From: an uncultured virus (IMG/VR IMGVR_UViG_3300001525_000355)
Lineage: Duplodnaviria; Heunggongvirae; Uroviricota; Caudoviricetes
Reading direction: 5' to 3' (one strand)
DNA: 64,000 nt
IMG/VR virus record: IMGVR_UViG_3300001525_000355
This document shows positions 38,555 to 48,550 of the stretch, in pieces. The translations under genes and the position numbers were made by a program. Under the pieces are notes generated by a model, which was not told the DNA's origin, did no database searches, and worked only from the letters and a program-made list of their open reading frames with translations. Every line of letters starts with the position of its first letter. The stretch's first letter is position 1.

Positions 38555-39775
38555 ATGCTCGATTCATTAACTAATGATATTGCTGATTACTGCGGTTTAG
38601 AAAGTTTAAATGTTGGACCTGCTGCATCACAGTTCTTTTCATATTATCCAAAATATGAATACCTGGATAAATTGATAAGTCTTAATCCAAAGAAACATTT
38701 AAATGTTTTTGTTGATGTAAAGGGTTGTTCACCAGCTCTTTATACAGAATGGGCTGTAAGATATATTATTGATGATAGTAAGTCATCAAAACATATCAAT
38801 ATGTCATATTTTTCTGGTGTGATTGATTATATCGCTTGGCATAGACTTTATGCTCAAAAGAGAGATTTAACACTGAATATGTATTTCTTTATGGAACAGG
38901 GAAAATCTGTTTACCATAATAGTATATACAAAGATTATAAATCAAATAGATTGTTGAGTGATTTCTTCAATTTGGATTTACAAGATCAAGAATATTTTAA
39001 GAAGGTTATGGATATGAACTATAATCTTCTTGAACATGTTGTTAATAAAATTCCACATTGTTGTTGGTTTTTATTAAAATATGTAGAAGCAGATTTTATA
39101 CCTTGGTATTTACTAGAATATATCATTCCAAAAGAAGAACAAGAGAATAGTTTAAATTTGATATATACAAGGGATAAAGATATGCTTCAATGTCTTAAAT
39201 TCCCAAATACATATCAATATTATAGAGCCCAATATCACGAAACTACAAAGTTGATTACTCCGAAATCATTACTTCGTCATTGGGCAAAACTTGATGAAAA
39301 TGTAACTTTAGATAGAGTTGCTGAATGGTTTCCATTGTTTTTATCAATGTTAGGAGATAATAGCGATAGTATACCGGGAATTAAGGGTGTGGGTAATAAA
39401 GTTATTATCAAACATTTAAACGAGATTATATCTACTTATGGCGGTAATCCAGATGTTATGTATAATACAGTAATGAATGATAAAGATGTATTGGCAGAAT
39501 CATTCAAATATGTAAATACTATAACAAGCAAGAAGATTTTCGGAAATCAAGATATTTTGAAAAGAAATATGCAATTGATTTCATTTAGGGCAATTAGTGA
39601 TTGGATTAATGGCGGATATCCTTTGGATACAATAGAAAAGAAAAAGTATATTGAAAATACTTATAACAATTCAAACAAACTTAAAGATTTCAATGTAATT
39701 CTTAATGCCTTAAAATCAAAGGGTATTAATGATGTTGTAAATGAAACTTCATTAGAAAGATGTTTTTCTGAATAA
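38555..39775 (+). CDS. 5'-3' exonuclease / T4 RNase H-like flap endonuclease
   Basis: YKSNR, EADF, TRDKD and GDNSDSIPGIKGVG (H3TH) motifs. Confidence 0.88.
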   Translation: MLDSLTNDIADYCGLESLNVGPAASQFFSYYPKYEYLDKLISLNPKKHLNVFVDVKGCSPALYTEWAVRYIIDDSKSSKHINMSYFSGVIDYIAWHRLYAQKRDLTLNMYFFMEQGKSVYHNSIYKDYKSNRLLSDFFNLDLQDQEYFKKVMDMNYNLLEHVVNKIPHCCWFLLKYVEADFIPWYLLEYIIPKEEQENSLNLIYTRDKDMLQCLKFPNTYQYYRAQYHETTKLITPKSLLRHWAKLDENVTLDRVAEWFPLFLSMLGDNSDSIPGIKGVGNKVIIKHLNEIISTYGGNPDVMYNTVMNDKDVLAESFKYVNTITSKKIFGNQDILKRNMQLISFRAISDWINGGYPLDTIEKKKYIENTYNNSNKLKDFNVILNALKSKGINDVVNETSLERCFSE

Positions 39776-39791
39776 CAAAGGGTTTAATAAT

Positions 39792-40394
39792 ATGAATATC
39801 AAACTTCTTGACATTACACAAGATGCAACGGGTCTTATAGAATATATCGGTAGAACTTGTTATAATAGCAAACCCGGTCCCAATTATATTATTGGTACTA
39901 TGGTTAAGAATTTGATTAAGAATGGTCATACTTCTGTTTTAGAGCACGCTAAAGCCACTTTTGAAATCAGTGAAGTTAGTAGAGCATTAACCCATCAATT
40001 AGTTAGACATCGTCTTGCTTCTTATACTCAAAGATCTCAAAGATATTGTAAAGAAAAAGAGTTTGGTTATGTAATTCCTGAATCATTTAATGATGATCAG
40101 AAAAAGGAATTTCGAAATCAAATGAAAACCATTCAAACTTGGTATGATAATTGGATTAGTAATGGAATGAAACCAGAAGATGCTCGTTCTGTTTTACCCA
40201 ATGCCTGTCATACCAAGATTATGATGACTGCAAACTATAGAGAATGGAGATCCATTTTTGCTTTAAGATGTGAGAAACATGCACAAGGAGAAATAAGAAA
40301 TCTCTGTTGCGAACTTCTTAAAATTCTTCATGAAAAAGATCCTGCTGTATTTGAAGATCAATATAAAGAATTCATATCTGGAGAAGAATCATGA
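39792..40394 (+). CDS. thyX: flavin-dependent thymidylate synthase
   Basis: GHTSVLEH, HQLVRHRLASYTQRSQRY, EDARSVLP and HAQGEIR motifs. Confidence 0.96.
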   Translation: MNIKLLDITQDATGLIEYIGRTCYNSKPGPNYIIGTMVKNLIKNGHTSVLEHAKATFEISEVSRALTHQLVRHRLASYTQRSQRYCKEKEFGYVIPESFNDDQKKEFRNQMKTIQTWYDNWISNGMKPEDARSVLPNACHTKIMMTANYREWRSIFALRCEKHAQGEIRNLCCELLKILHEKDPAVFEDQYKEFISGEES

Positions 40395-40537
40395 GATATA
40401 TCAATTCATTATTTCTTATTCTTCTCTATCCTTTTGCATATCTTAGTCTTCTTTGTTGTTATAATAGACCTGAAGATAGAGAATACTATATGAACGCATA
40501 TAGAGAATGTATCAAGAAAGGACGTTTTATCTTATGA
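40391..40537 (+). CDS. small hydrophobic protein, 48 aa (not in ORF track)
   Basis: MRYINSLFLILLYPFAYLSLLCC...GRFIL*; ATGA overlaps at both ends. Confidence 0.55.
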   Translation: MRYINSLFLILLYPFAYLSLLCCYNRPEDREYYMNAYRECIKKGRFIL

Positions 40538-40791
40538 ATAAGAAAGAATTTGATACAGCTCATTCATTTAAGAAATTTAATGAATTAAAATGTTGTCTCA
40601 GTTGTGTTCATGCAAGAAGATGGTCGTTTGAAAGTAGTTATTCAGAAGATCCAAATGATTTAACTGCCATGTGTTTGCATGAAGATGCTCCAAACGAAAT
40701 TCAACAAGAAGGTAGTTATTCAAGAGAAAGAAAGTACGTTGGACCGTTTGGGCTGTGTAATGGTTGGAAAAGAGATAAAGAAATCAAGTAA
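40534..40791 (+). CDS. small Cys-rich hypothetical protein
   Basis: Likely start is ATG40534; CCLSCVH...C...CNGW. Confidence 0.6.
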   Translation: MNKKEFDTAHSFKKFNELKCCLSCVHARRWSFESSYSEDPNDLTAMCLHEDAPNEIQQEGSYSRERKYVGPFGLCNGWKRDKEIK

Positions 40792-40817
40792 ATACTAATT
40801 TAAAAAGGAATCATAAT

Positions 40818-41243
40818 ATGTTATACGATACAATTCAAAATGATATCAAGCAGGCAATGCTTAATAAGAATAATGTAAAGAGAGATTGTCTTAGAAGTAT
40901 TATTTCTGAAATTAAGAATCAAACAGTTAATGCAGGAAAAGAAATTACTGATGATATTTGTTTGAAGGTTATTACAAAATCAGTTAAACAACATAATGAT
41001 TCAATTGAGAATTTTAAATCTGGTAACAGAGAAGATCTTGCATTAAAGGAAATGGATGAGCTTCATTATATTGAATGTTATCTTCCGAAAATGTTATCAG
41101 AAGATGAAACCAAACAAGTGATTGATAACATTCTTCAAAATGTTGAAGCTGTTAAAAAGAATATGGGTGTTATCATGAAACAGTTACCCAGTAATACAGA
41201 TAAAAAACTGGCATCCAAATATCTTAATCAGATTTTGAAATGA
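40818..41243 (+). CDS. GatB/YqeY domain protein
   Basis: IKQAM...LRSIISEIKN...KQHNDSIENFKSGNREDLA...YLPKMLSE...KNMGVIMK pattern. Confidence 0.9.
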   Translation: MLYDTIQNDIKQAMLNKNNVKRDCLRSIISEIKNQTVNAGKEITDDICLKVITKSVKQHNDSIENFKSGNREDLALKEMDELHYIECYLPKMLSEDETKQVIDNILQNVEAVKKNMGVIMKQLPSNTDKKLASKYLNQILK

Positions 41244-41437
41244 AAAGGGTAACTGATTCAAGTAGTATTCTGTTTGATAATAATGACTATAATAGATGTT
41301 GCAAAGGTAAAAAAGTTTATACAACCCCATACCATGCACAATATGCCATAGAAGAATGTTATCAAAGAGATTCTAGTTTGAAACTCAGTTACTATGTATG
41401 TCCGTATTGTAAAAACTATCATTTAACTAGTATGTAA
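41240..41437 (+). CDS. small Zn-finger-like phage protein
   Basis: CKGKKVY...YYVCPYCKNYHLTS. Confidence 0.65.
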   Translation: MKRVTDSSSILFDNNDYNRCCKGKKVYTTPYHAQYAIEECYQRDSSLKLSYYVCPYCKNYHLTSM

Positions 41438-41455
41438 AAAGAAAGATATCTCAAA

Positions 41456-42103
41456 ATGAATAATCAGAATAAGTTTCTTTGTACTGTAATAGGATCCCAG
41501 AATACTGGTAAATCCACTTTTATTAAAGATATTATTGAGAAATATTCAAATAATTCAATATATGAACCGTTTCAAACAGATGAGTTTGATTATAGGAAAA
41601 TTATTGCTGAAAAACATTTGAGTATTAATAGAGAAGGTAACCTTGAATCTCAAAGAATTATTTTTGATTGTTTAGCCAATCAAGTAATTAATGCGATTCG
41701 TAATCCTGATTATAAAAATGTAATTTTTGATAGAAGTCCCATTGATGCCTGGGTATATACCAAGTACCTTTATGATAAGGGTAAGATAGATAAAACTTCC
41801 ATTATGCAAATGGCATATGAAATGAAGAAGTATTCCAATTTGTATGATGTCATTTTCTATATTCCCTTAAAGGGTTGTGATGATATTAAAGTTGTAAATG
41901 ATACATTCAGAGATACTGACTTGGAATATAGAAAATATGTAGATGAGTTATTTCAAATGGCTCTCACTTTATTGGATAAAGAAAATTTTTATAAAGTTGT
42001 AGAGATATATGGTTCAAGGGAAAAACGAATTGAACAGTTCTATTGCACATGTCGTGATAAAATGATTATTAAAAAAGATTGGCTAAATATTACAAATCAG
42101 TAG
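41456..42103 (+). CDS. P-loop nucleoside/nucleotide kinase (AAA_28-like)
   Basis: GSQNTGKST Walker A; IFDRSPID; FRDTD. Confidence 0.75.
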   Translation: MNNQNKFLCTVIGSQNTGKSTFIKDIIEKYSNNSIYEPFQTDEFDYRKIIAEKHLSINREGNLESQRIIFDCLANQVINAIRNPDYKNVIFDRSPIDAWVYTKYLYDKGKIDKTSIMQMAYEMKKYSNLYDVIFYIPLKGCDDIKVVNDTFRDTDLEYRKYVDELFQMALTLLDKENFYKVVEIYGSREKRIEQFYCTCRDKMIIKKDWLNITNQ

Positions 42104-42188
42104 AAATTTTGAATATTTTAAAGTTAGTTAAGGATCAGTTTGACAGAACAAATTACTGTAAAAATTATACAGGAAGATTTAAAAAGTT

Positions 42189-42902
42189 ATGTTAAACTGG
42201 TCCTTTATTATCAACAGAATTCATGATGAATTGTCATTACCAAATCAGCCATTTGAGATGACTGATGATGAGGTTGTTGATTATCTCAAGAGAAATGCTT
42301 TATTGAAGTTTGAAAAGTATTTCCCAGACAAGAACATCATCACTTTAGATACTAATGATGAGAATGTTCAAGTTCCCAATAAAACTTCAACTTATTTTCT
42401 GTATGATCCGGATGGTAGAACCATTTTGAATGTAAAACAAATGGATACTACTATGGGTGATTTGATGATTTTGGGTCACAATGTATATGGTGCCTGGTCA
42501 TATAATGATATTCCCAATATAGCTCTTGCCAATAATCAAGCAAGAAATACCAAGCCATATAGTATGTTTAATTATACTACAGAGTTCTTACCACCCAATA
42601 TGATTAGAATTCTTCCAAAATTCAATGGTACTTGTGCTATTGAATATGAAAGAAGTCATGATCCGGAACTTAGTACAATAGAACCTTCATTGGTAGATTA
42701 CTTTACTGATCTTTGTTTGGCAATGGTAGAGATGAAAATAGGTAAGATCAGGCAAAGGTACTCTTCCTACAATACCCCATTTGGTGAGATTCAAGTTGGG
42801 GGTGACTTTATCTTTAATGAAGGAAAAGATCTTTTCGATAAAACTATACAGAAATTGGAAGATGGTTCAATTGGATTAAACATTAGAATGGATGTCGGAT
42901 AA
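42189..42902 (+). CDS. putative neck / head-tail adaptor protein (gp13-like)
   Basis: N-terminal ELS...EMTDDEV...ALLKFEKYFP and C-terminal GKIRQRYSSYNTPFGEIQVGG resemble gp13 patterns. Confidence 0.6.
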   Translation: MLNWSFIINRIHDELSLPNQPFEMTDDEVVDYLKRNALLKFEKYFPDKNIITLDTNDENVQVPNKTSTYFLYDPDGRTILNVKQMDTTMGDLMILGHNVYGAWSYNDIPNIALANNQARNTKPYSMFNYTTEFLPPNMIRILPKFNGTCAIEYERSHDPELSTIEPSLVDYFTDLCLAMVEMKIGKIRQRYSSYNTPFGEIQVGGDFIFNEGKDLFDKTIQKLEDGSIGLNIRMDVG

Positions 42903-43024
42903 ACAGATTAAATAACTATTTTTAAGTATAAGTTTTCGTTTTTGATACATAAGATTAACATAGGGGAATCTATGCGAAAAAATCGGATATGTACTTAAAA
43001 GTTGATTTTAAAAGGAACATACAA

Positions 43025-45190
43025 ATGATTAAAATTCTCAAGAAAAATGGCGGTACTGAATCATTTAATGGTGAGAAAATTAAACGAGCAATCAGAAAAT
43101 CTGCAGCTCGTGTATGTGTAGAATTGACAGATAAAGACGAAAACAAAGTAGTCAATAATATAAGAAATCAACTCAAGTATAATGAAACTGATGTTCCTGT
43201 TTCTACTATCCATAATATGGTAGAAACCCAGCTGGATTCCATTAATCCAAGAGTAGCAAAGTCATATAGAGAGTATAGGGATAATAAGGCGCAGTTTGCT
43301 ACTATGTTGGATAAGGTTTATAGTAAGAAACTCTCTTTGAATTTTGTAGGTGATAGATCCAATGCCAATTCGGATTCAGCTCTTGTAACTACTCAGAAAG
43401 CAATTGTTTATAATGAACTTAATTCTGAACTCTATAAGAAATTCTTCCTCACTGTCAAAGAAGAGAAGGCAATGAGTGATGGTTATATCTACATTCATGA
43501 TAGGGGTTCAAGATTAGATACAATTAATTGTTGCTTATTTGATATGCCCAATTTACTGAAGGGTGGATTTTTCATGGGTAATCTCGATTACTCTGAACCA
43601 AAATCACTTGATGTTGCATTTGATCTTATTGGTGATGTTACAATGAATGCAGCATCAAGTCAGTATGGTGGTTTCACTATTTCCCAGATCGATAAAGTTC
43701 TTGCTCCCTATGCAGAAAAATCTTATAAACTTTATTTTGATGAATATTGGATGATATATAATCAAAATAATCAATCTGATATTTCTGAAGAAAAACGTAA
43801 TGAGATCAATAAAAATTCAGATGAATATGCATTTAATAAAGTAAAGAGAGATTTTGAACAGGGATTTCAATCATGGGAAATGAAGTTTAATTCTGTTGCT
43901 TCTTCCCGTGGTGATTATCCCTTTACTGCCATTACTTTTGGTCTTGGTACGGGAAGATGGGAAACTCTTGCTTCTTCTGTTTGTATGAATGTTCGTAAGG
44001 AAGGACAGGGTAAATCTGGTTTTAAACATCCTGTTCTCTTCCCAAAAATCAACTTTTTCTATGATGAAGATCTTCATGGGGAAGGAAAAGAATTGGAATG
44101 GTTGTTTAATGAAGCAATTGATTGTTCATCAAAAGCCATGTATCCTGATTTTATTTCTTGTACCGGTATTGGATATGATGGAGATATGTATAGAAAATAT
44201 AAAACTCCGATTTCAAAAATGGGATGCAGGGCAAATCTTTCTTCCTGGTATGTAAGGGGTGGAATGGAACCAGCTGATGAAAATGATGTACCTGTATATG
44301 AAGGTAGATTTAATATGGGTGCCATTTCCTTACATTTTCCAATGATTGTTGCAAAGGCAAAGAAGGAAGGTAAGGATTTTTATGAAGTTCTTGATTACTA
44401 TCTTGAAATGGTAAGGGGAATTCACAAGAGAACATTTGAATATTTATCACACAAAAAAGCTGGTATCAATCCTCTTGGTTTTTGTCAGGGTGGATTTTTG
44501 AATGGTAATAAAGATCCAGAAGATGAATTGGGTGAGGATTTCCTTCGTCCTATGACAATTAGTTTTGGTATTACAGCTCTCAATGAAGCATCCATTCTTG
44601 CAATAGGAAAGACTTTGGTTGAAGACAATAGTTGGGCTATTGATGTTCTCAAACATATTAATGAATATGTCAATAGAATCAAGAAAGAAGATAATATTCT
44701 GTATGCGATCTATTCGACACCCGCAGAGTCGTTATGTCATCTTCAAGTAGAACAGTTTAGAGCAAAATATGGAATTGTCAAAGATGTATCAGATCATGAA
44801 TATACATCAAATTCATTTCATTGTTGTGTAAGAGAAGATATTACTCCGGTTCAGAAACAAGATATTGAATATCCAATGTATCACCTTTCTACAGGGGGAA
44901 GAATTCAGTATGTAAAATATCAATTGAGTTATAATCTTGAAGCAGTAAAAACTCTTGTCAGAAGAGCAATGAAGATGGGATTTTACGAAGGTGTAAATTA
45001 CGATTTGGATTTTTGTGAAGATTGTGGTTCTCATTTCAATGGAGAAGTTACTAAGTGTCCAAAATGTGGGAGTGAAAACATTACGAAAATCCGGCGCATG
45101 AACGGATATTTATCATATTCCTCGGTTAGGGGTAAGTCTATGTACGCTGATCATAAACTTGCTGAATTTAAAGAACGCAAATCTATGTAA
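43025..45190 (+). CDS. nrdD: anaerobic ribonucleoside-triphosphate reductase
   Basis: ATP-cone start MIKILKKNG (ATG43025), YIHD, NCC, MGCR, TPAES, CxxC...CPKC and glycyl-radical RRMNGY. Confidence 0.96.
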   Translation: MIKILKKNGGTESFNGEKIKRAIRKSAARVCVELTDKDENKVVNNIRNQLKYNETDVPVSTIHNMVETQLDSINPRVAKSYREYRDNKAQFATMLDKVYSKKLSLNFVGDRSNANSDSALVTTQKAIVYNELNSELYKKFFLTVKEEKAMSDGYIYIHDRGSRLDTINCCLFDMPNLLKGGFFMGNLDYSEPKSLDVAFDLIGDVTMNAASSQYGGFTISQIDKVLAPYAEKSYKLYFDEYWMIYNQNNQSDISEEKRNEINKNSDEYAFNKVKRDFEQGFQSWEMKFNSVASSRGDYPFTAITFGLGTGRWETLASSVCMNVRKEGQGKSGFKHPVLFPKINFFYDEDLHGEGKELEWLFNEAIDCSSKAMYPDFISCTGIGYDGDMYRKYKTPISKMGCRANLSSWYVRGGMEPADENDVPVYEGRFNMGAISLHFPMIVAKAKKEGKDFYEVLDYYLEMVRGIHKRTFEYLSHKKAGINPLGFCQGGFLNGNKDPEDELGEDFLRPMTISFGITALNEASILAIGKTLVEDNSWAIDVLKHINEYVNRIKKEDNILYAIYSTPAESLCHLQVEQFRAKYGIVKDVSDHEYTSNSFHCCVREDITPVQKQDIEYPMYHLSTGGRIQYVKYQLSYNLEAVKTLVRRAMKMGFYEGVNYDLDFCEDCGSHFNGEVTKCPKCGSENITKIRRMNGYLSYSSVRGKSMYADHKLAEFKERKSM

Positions 45191-45192
45191 TT

Positions 45193-45897
45193 ATGGCTAT
45201 CGGATTTGTATATTTAACCACAAACCATATTAATGGTATGCGGTACATAGGTCAAAGACATTATCATCTATCAGATAAGAAGTCTGATGATGAATATATG
45301 GGATCTGGTACCAAAATATGGAAAGATTTACAAAAATACGGTAAAGAAAACTTTTCTAAAGTGATTCTCGAAGAGTGCAATACTCAAATCGAACTTAACG
45401 AAGCTGAAAAGAAATGGATAGAAAAGTATAACGCAGTGGATGATAAATCTTTCTATAATATAGCATTGGGTGGTGGCGATAGTTGGTATGCGAGAAGTTA
45501 CTATAAGAGATTGAAATTTAAGAAACGTATATCAGAATCCAATAGACTTAGAGTAAGAGATGGATCTAAAATTTCTGGCGAAAAGAATCCAGCTTTTGGA
45601 AGACATTGGTACAAAGATATGAAAAACCGAAAAACATATTATTTGTATAACAATGATCCTTTAATTAAAGAATTAGGTTTGAAACCGGGAACATTTAGAA
45701 GTAAGAAGCATAATCAAAAAATAAGCAATTCTTTAAAGGGGAAACCCAAAACGTATAAGGTTGGAGCTTGTAATAGAAAATGGATGCATCCAAGGGGTTC
45801 AGTAAATAGAAAAGAAGCTATTTTTGTTAAAAAAGAAGATATTCAAAAGTATCTAGATAAAGATTATATTTTTGGCATAAAGGATATTATACTATGA
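45193..45897 (+). CDS. free-standing GIY-YIG (Seg-like) homing endonuclease
   Basis: GFVYLTTNHINGMRYIGQ, YMGSG and FYNIALGG motifs; NUMOD3-like SGEKNPAFG and HNQKISNSLKG. Confidence 0.88.
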   Translation: MAIGFVYLTTNHINGMRYIGQRHYHLSDKKSDDEYMGSGTKIWKDLQKYGKENFSKVILEECNTQIELNEAEKKWIEKYNAVDDKSFYNIALGGGDSWYARSYYKRLKFKKRISESNRLRVRDGSKISGEKNPAFGRHWYKDMKNRKTYYLYNNDPLIKELGLKPGTFRSKKHNQKISNSLKGKPKTYKVGACNRKWMHPRGSVNRKEAIFVKKEDIQKYLDKDYIFGIKDIIL

Positions 45898-46394
45898 ATT
45901 ACATGCAAATTACTCATTGTGACCAAGTGAACGGTTCTGGATTGAGAACTGTTCTTTGGTTATCTGGTTGTTCTCATAAGTGTCCCGGTTGTCAGAATCC
46001 ATTTTCACAAGATTGTCATACTGGTATTTTATTTGATGAATCAGCCAAAGAAGAATTTTTTAGAGATCTCAAGGAAGATTGGTGTAGTGGTGTGACATTT
46101 AGTGGTGGTGATCCCCTTTACGATAATAATAGATCAGAAGTAATAGAATTATCAAAAGAGATAAAGGAAAAATTTCCAACTAAAACCATATGGCTTTATA
46201 CTGGATATACATGGAATGAAATAGTTGATAGTAGATCTATGATTAATATTTTAAAATATGTTGATGTTATCATAGATGGTCCATATATAGAATCATTGAA
46301 AAATCCAGATTTACATTGGCGTGGATCCTCCAATCAAAATATTATATGTGTAAAGAGAAGAATAGAACAAGTTTCTTCAATTGAACGAATTTGA
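45894..46394 (+). CDS. nrdG: anaerobic RNR activating enzyme
   Basis: NGSGLRTVLWLSGCSHKCPGCQN, FSGGDPL and WRGSSNQ motifs. Confidence 0.96.
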   Translation: MNYMQITHCDQVNGSGLRTVLWLSGCSHKCPGCQNPFSQDCHTGILFDESAKEEFFRDLKEDWCSGVTFSGGDPLYDNNRSEVIELSKEIKEKFPTKTIWLYTGYTWNEIVDSRSMINILKYVDVIIDGPYIESLKNPDLHWRGSSNQNIICVKRRIEQVSSIERI

Positions 46395-46514
46395 ATTAAA
46401 TATTGAATTGATACATACACTAGTTTTCTTTGACGAATAAAATATAAATCGTGTAAAGTACTAGTACACTTGAACGAAAAATCTTAATGTAATATATTAC
46501 AAGGAGTTAAATCA

Positions 46515-47528
46515 ATGAGTCTTTTAGATAAAAACTCAAAGAAAGCTCTTGTTGAGTCAATGAGACACGCTCTCATTTCTTCAGTCAAGAGTAACAAGGC
46601 TCTCACTGAGTCTGTTCAGATGGAATCTGTTAAGTTTGTTAAGGAAAATGCTACTTATGAGCAGCTCCTTAATATGACCATGAATCCTGTTAGAGAATCA
46701 AAGTATCTTCCTGATTTTGTAATGGAGGGTGCTGTTGCTATTGTTTCTGAGGCTCTTCTTAGTGGTCGTAAGGTTATTGGTATCAATGCTCTCACTGAAG
46801 GTGCAATTAATCTTGTCAAGAAGACTGATTGTGTTGTAACTGAGTCTATGCTTGATGCTGCTGAAGGTATTGCTACCAGTAGAGGTCTTCATGTTGTTGC
46901 TGAAGCAATTATGGTGATGGAAGACGCTATTTCAAAATTAGAAAAAAAGTTGGGAAGAAAGCTTACTGGTGATGAGTTAAAAAGAGCAATGGTTGAACGA
47001 CATGGTTACAAAAAAATATTTGGTGATGAAACAAGTGTTGATAGGATTGAATCTAGATTAGATAAACTTATTCATAATAGACAAGAAAGAATATACAATG
47101 GTATTGAAACGAAAAAGAAAATTTTATCTAATTCAAAGAAAAAGTTAAAAGATATAACTAAACAGATGAAACAGGCTTCCGGTTCAGAAGCTGCTAAATT
47201 TGGAAAAGAACGTGATGAAATAAAAAAAGAAATAGAAAAGTTAACTTCTAATATTGCTAAATCACAAAAAGAAGCAGCATCAAAATCTACCATGAGAAGA
47301 GCTGCTCAAGCTGCAGATAAGGCAAGAAGAAAAGCGAGTGGTGCACAACAACCCGTTATTAATGTAAAGAAACCAAGTAAGCTTGCTAAGCTTATTCCGA
47401 AGACAAAGGCTGGTAAGATTGCTGCTGGTGCCAGTATTGCTGCTGGTACTATTGTCGGTATTGCTGCTGCCAAGAAGTGGCATGATAAGAAGAAAGCACA
47501 GAAGATGGCTGCTTCCAAGGATAAGTAA
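46515..47528 (+). CDS. putative abundant head protein (multiple protease-type sites, basic C-half, Ala/Gly hydrophobic tail)
   Basis: LVE, LTE (twice), VTE and VME sites in the N-half; AAGASIAAGTIVGIAAA near the C-terminus; AAGGAG RBS; high-expression codons. Confidence 0.6.
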   Translation: MSLLDKNSKKALVESMRHALISSVKSNKALTESVQMESVKFVKENATYEQLLNMTMNPVRESKYLPDFVMEGAVAIVSEALLSGRKVIGINALTEGAINLVKKTDCVVTESMLDAAEGIATSRGLHVVAEAIMVMEDAISKLEKKLGRKLTGDELKRAMVERHGYKKIFGDETSVDRIESRLDKLIHNRQERIYNGIETKKKILSNSKKKLKDITKQMKQASGSEAAKFGKERDEIKKEIEKLTSNIAKSQKEAASKSTMRRAAQAADKARRKASGAQQPVINVKKPSKLAKLIPKTKAGKIAAGASIAAGTIVGIAAAKKWHDKKKAQKMAASKDK

Positions 47529-47552
47529 TTAATTTTACTTAGTTTCTAAAAC

Positions 47553-47599
47553 TTTAGATCCTGTCTTCTAGAACTAAATTCTAGAGGATGGGATCTAAA
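47553..47599 (+). terminator. long stem-loop
   Basis: TTTAGATCCTGTCTTCTAGAA-ctaaa-TTCTAGAGGATGGGATCTAAA, a 21-bp stem with G-U pairs on the + strand. Confidence 0.7.
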
Positions 47600-47621
47600 T
47601 CCACACTATTTTTAAATATTT

Positions 47622-48092
47622 ATGATTAAACAGTATAGTTTTTTACAAGAAGTTAGTATAACTATTGATCCAGAAACTTTTTCTAAATTTAAAACTGGTT
47701 TGAAACATGCTGGATATATTGGTGGTACAGCAAAGGGTATATCATTATCAATAACTAATTCTATTTTATCCAAGAAGATTAATGAATTGATTAAGCAGAT
47801 TTCTAATGTTGATACAAGAGAAGAAGCTGTAGAAATCATTAATAACTGTGCTTATGTTCCAGATAAAGAAATTGGAAAGAAAGTAAGTGTAGCATCAATT
47901 AATTATCTCTTGAGTCATAATATTGGTGGTCCGGCAATTGCAATTATAAAAAACGAGAATGATCCAGATTGGAAACCAAAAGTTTTAAAATATCTCAAGA
48001 TTGTGAGAAATATCAAACTTGGTAATTCTATTATATCTGGAGTTGGTGCTGGAGTTTTGGCTACAACATATATTAAAGGTCTTAAGAAATGA
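47622..48092 (+). CDS. putative internal head protein (MIKQYSFLQE leader, Gly-rich ends)
   Basis: Same leader as the head-module genes 37 kb away; SGVGAGVLATTYI near the C-terminus. Confidence 0.65.
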   Translation: MIKQYSFLQEVSITIDPETFSKFKTGLKHAGYIGGTAKGISLSITNSILSKKINELIKQISNVDTREEAVEIINNCAYVPDKEIGKKVSVASINYLLSHNIGGPAIAIIKNENDPDWKPKVLKYLKIVRNIKLGNSIISGVGAGVLATTYIKGLKK

Positions 48093-48532
48093 ATGTTTTA
48101 GATAGATTCTTACAGGAAGAGATGTTGATAACAAGACCAAGTGTCTTTGTTTATATATCTAAAGATGATAAGGATAATGTTATCAATAAGGGTATATCTG
48201 TAAAAGATGGTAAGATATCAGCATATCTCAATAGATTACCTGAAAGTGTATATGGTGAATTTTTGTCTACCCATTATCCTGTAAGATTGACTCTTTCTAA
48301 ATTCAAAAAGATTAAAGATCAATTAATTCAATGTGTAGCAAAGAATATAGATGGGGTGGATAAAATAGATTATCATGATGATAGTATATTGGAAAAGATC
48401 ATCAAAAAGTATGAGTACTATTTAAAAACATGTTATGATTCTCATATTCCAATGGAAAAATTACCCCATATTGATATCTATGTAAGCGGTGGTGTTTTAC
48501 CCGGTTTTATATGTAAAGTACTGGATACTTAA
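48089..48532 (+). CDS. hypothetical protein (FLQE motif near the N-terminus)
   Basis: MNVLDRFLQEE; ATGA-coupled to the previous gene. Confidence 0.6.
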   Translation: MNVLDRFLQEEMLITRPSVFVYISKDDKDNVINKGISVKDGKISAYLNRLPESVYGEFLSTHYPVRLTLSKFKKIKDQLIQCVAKNIDGVDKIDYHDDSILEKIIKKYEYYLKTCYDSHIPMEKLPHIDIYVSGGVLPGFICKVLDT

Positions 48533-48550
48533 AAAATCAGACAACAAAAA

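Noticed and set aside
45190..45897. Group I intron in nrdD
   Set aside because: nrdD ends intact after the glycyl-radical motif, and the endonuclease abuts both neighbours with no room for an intron core.
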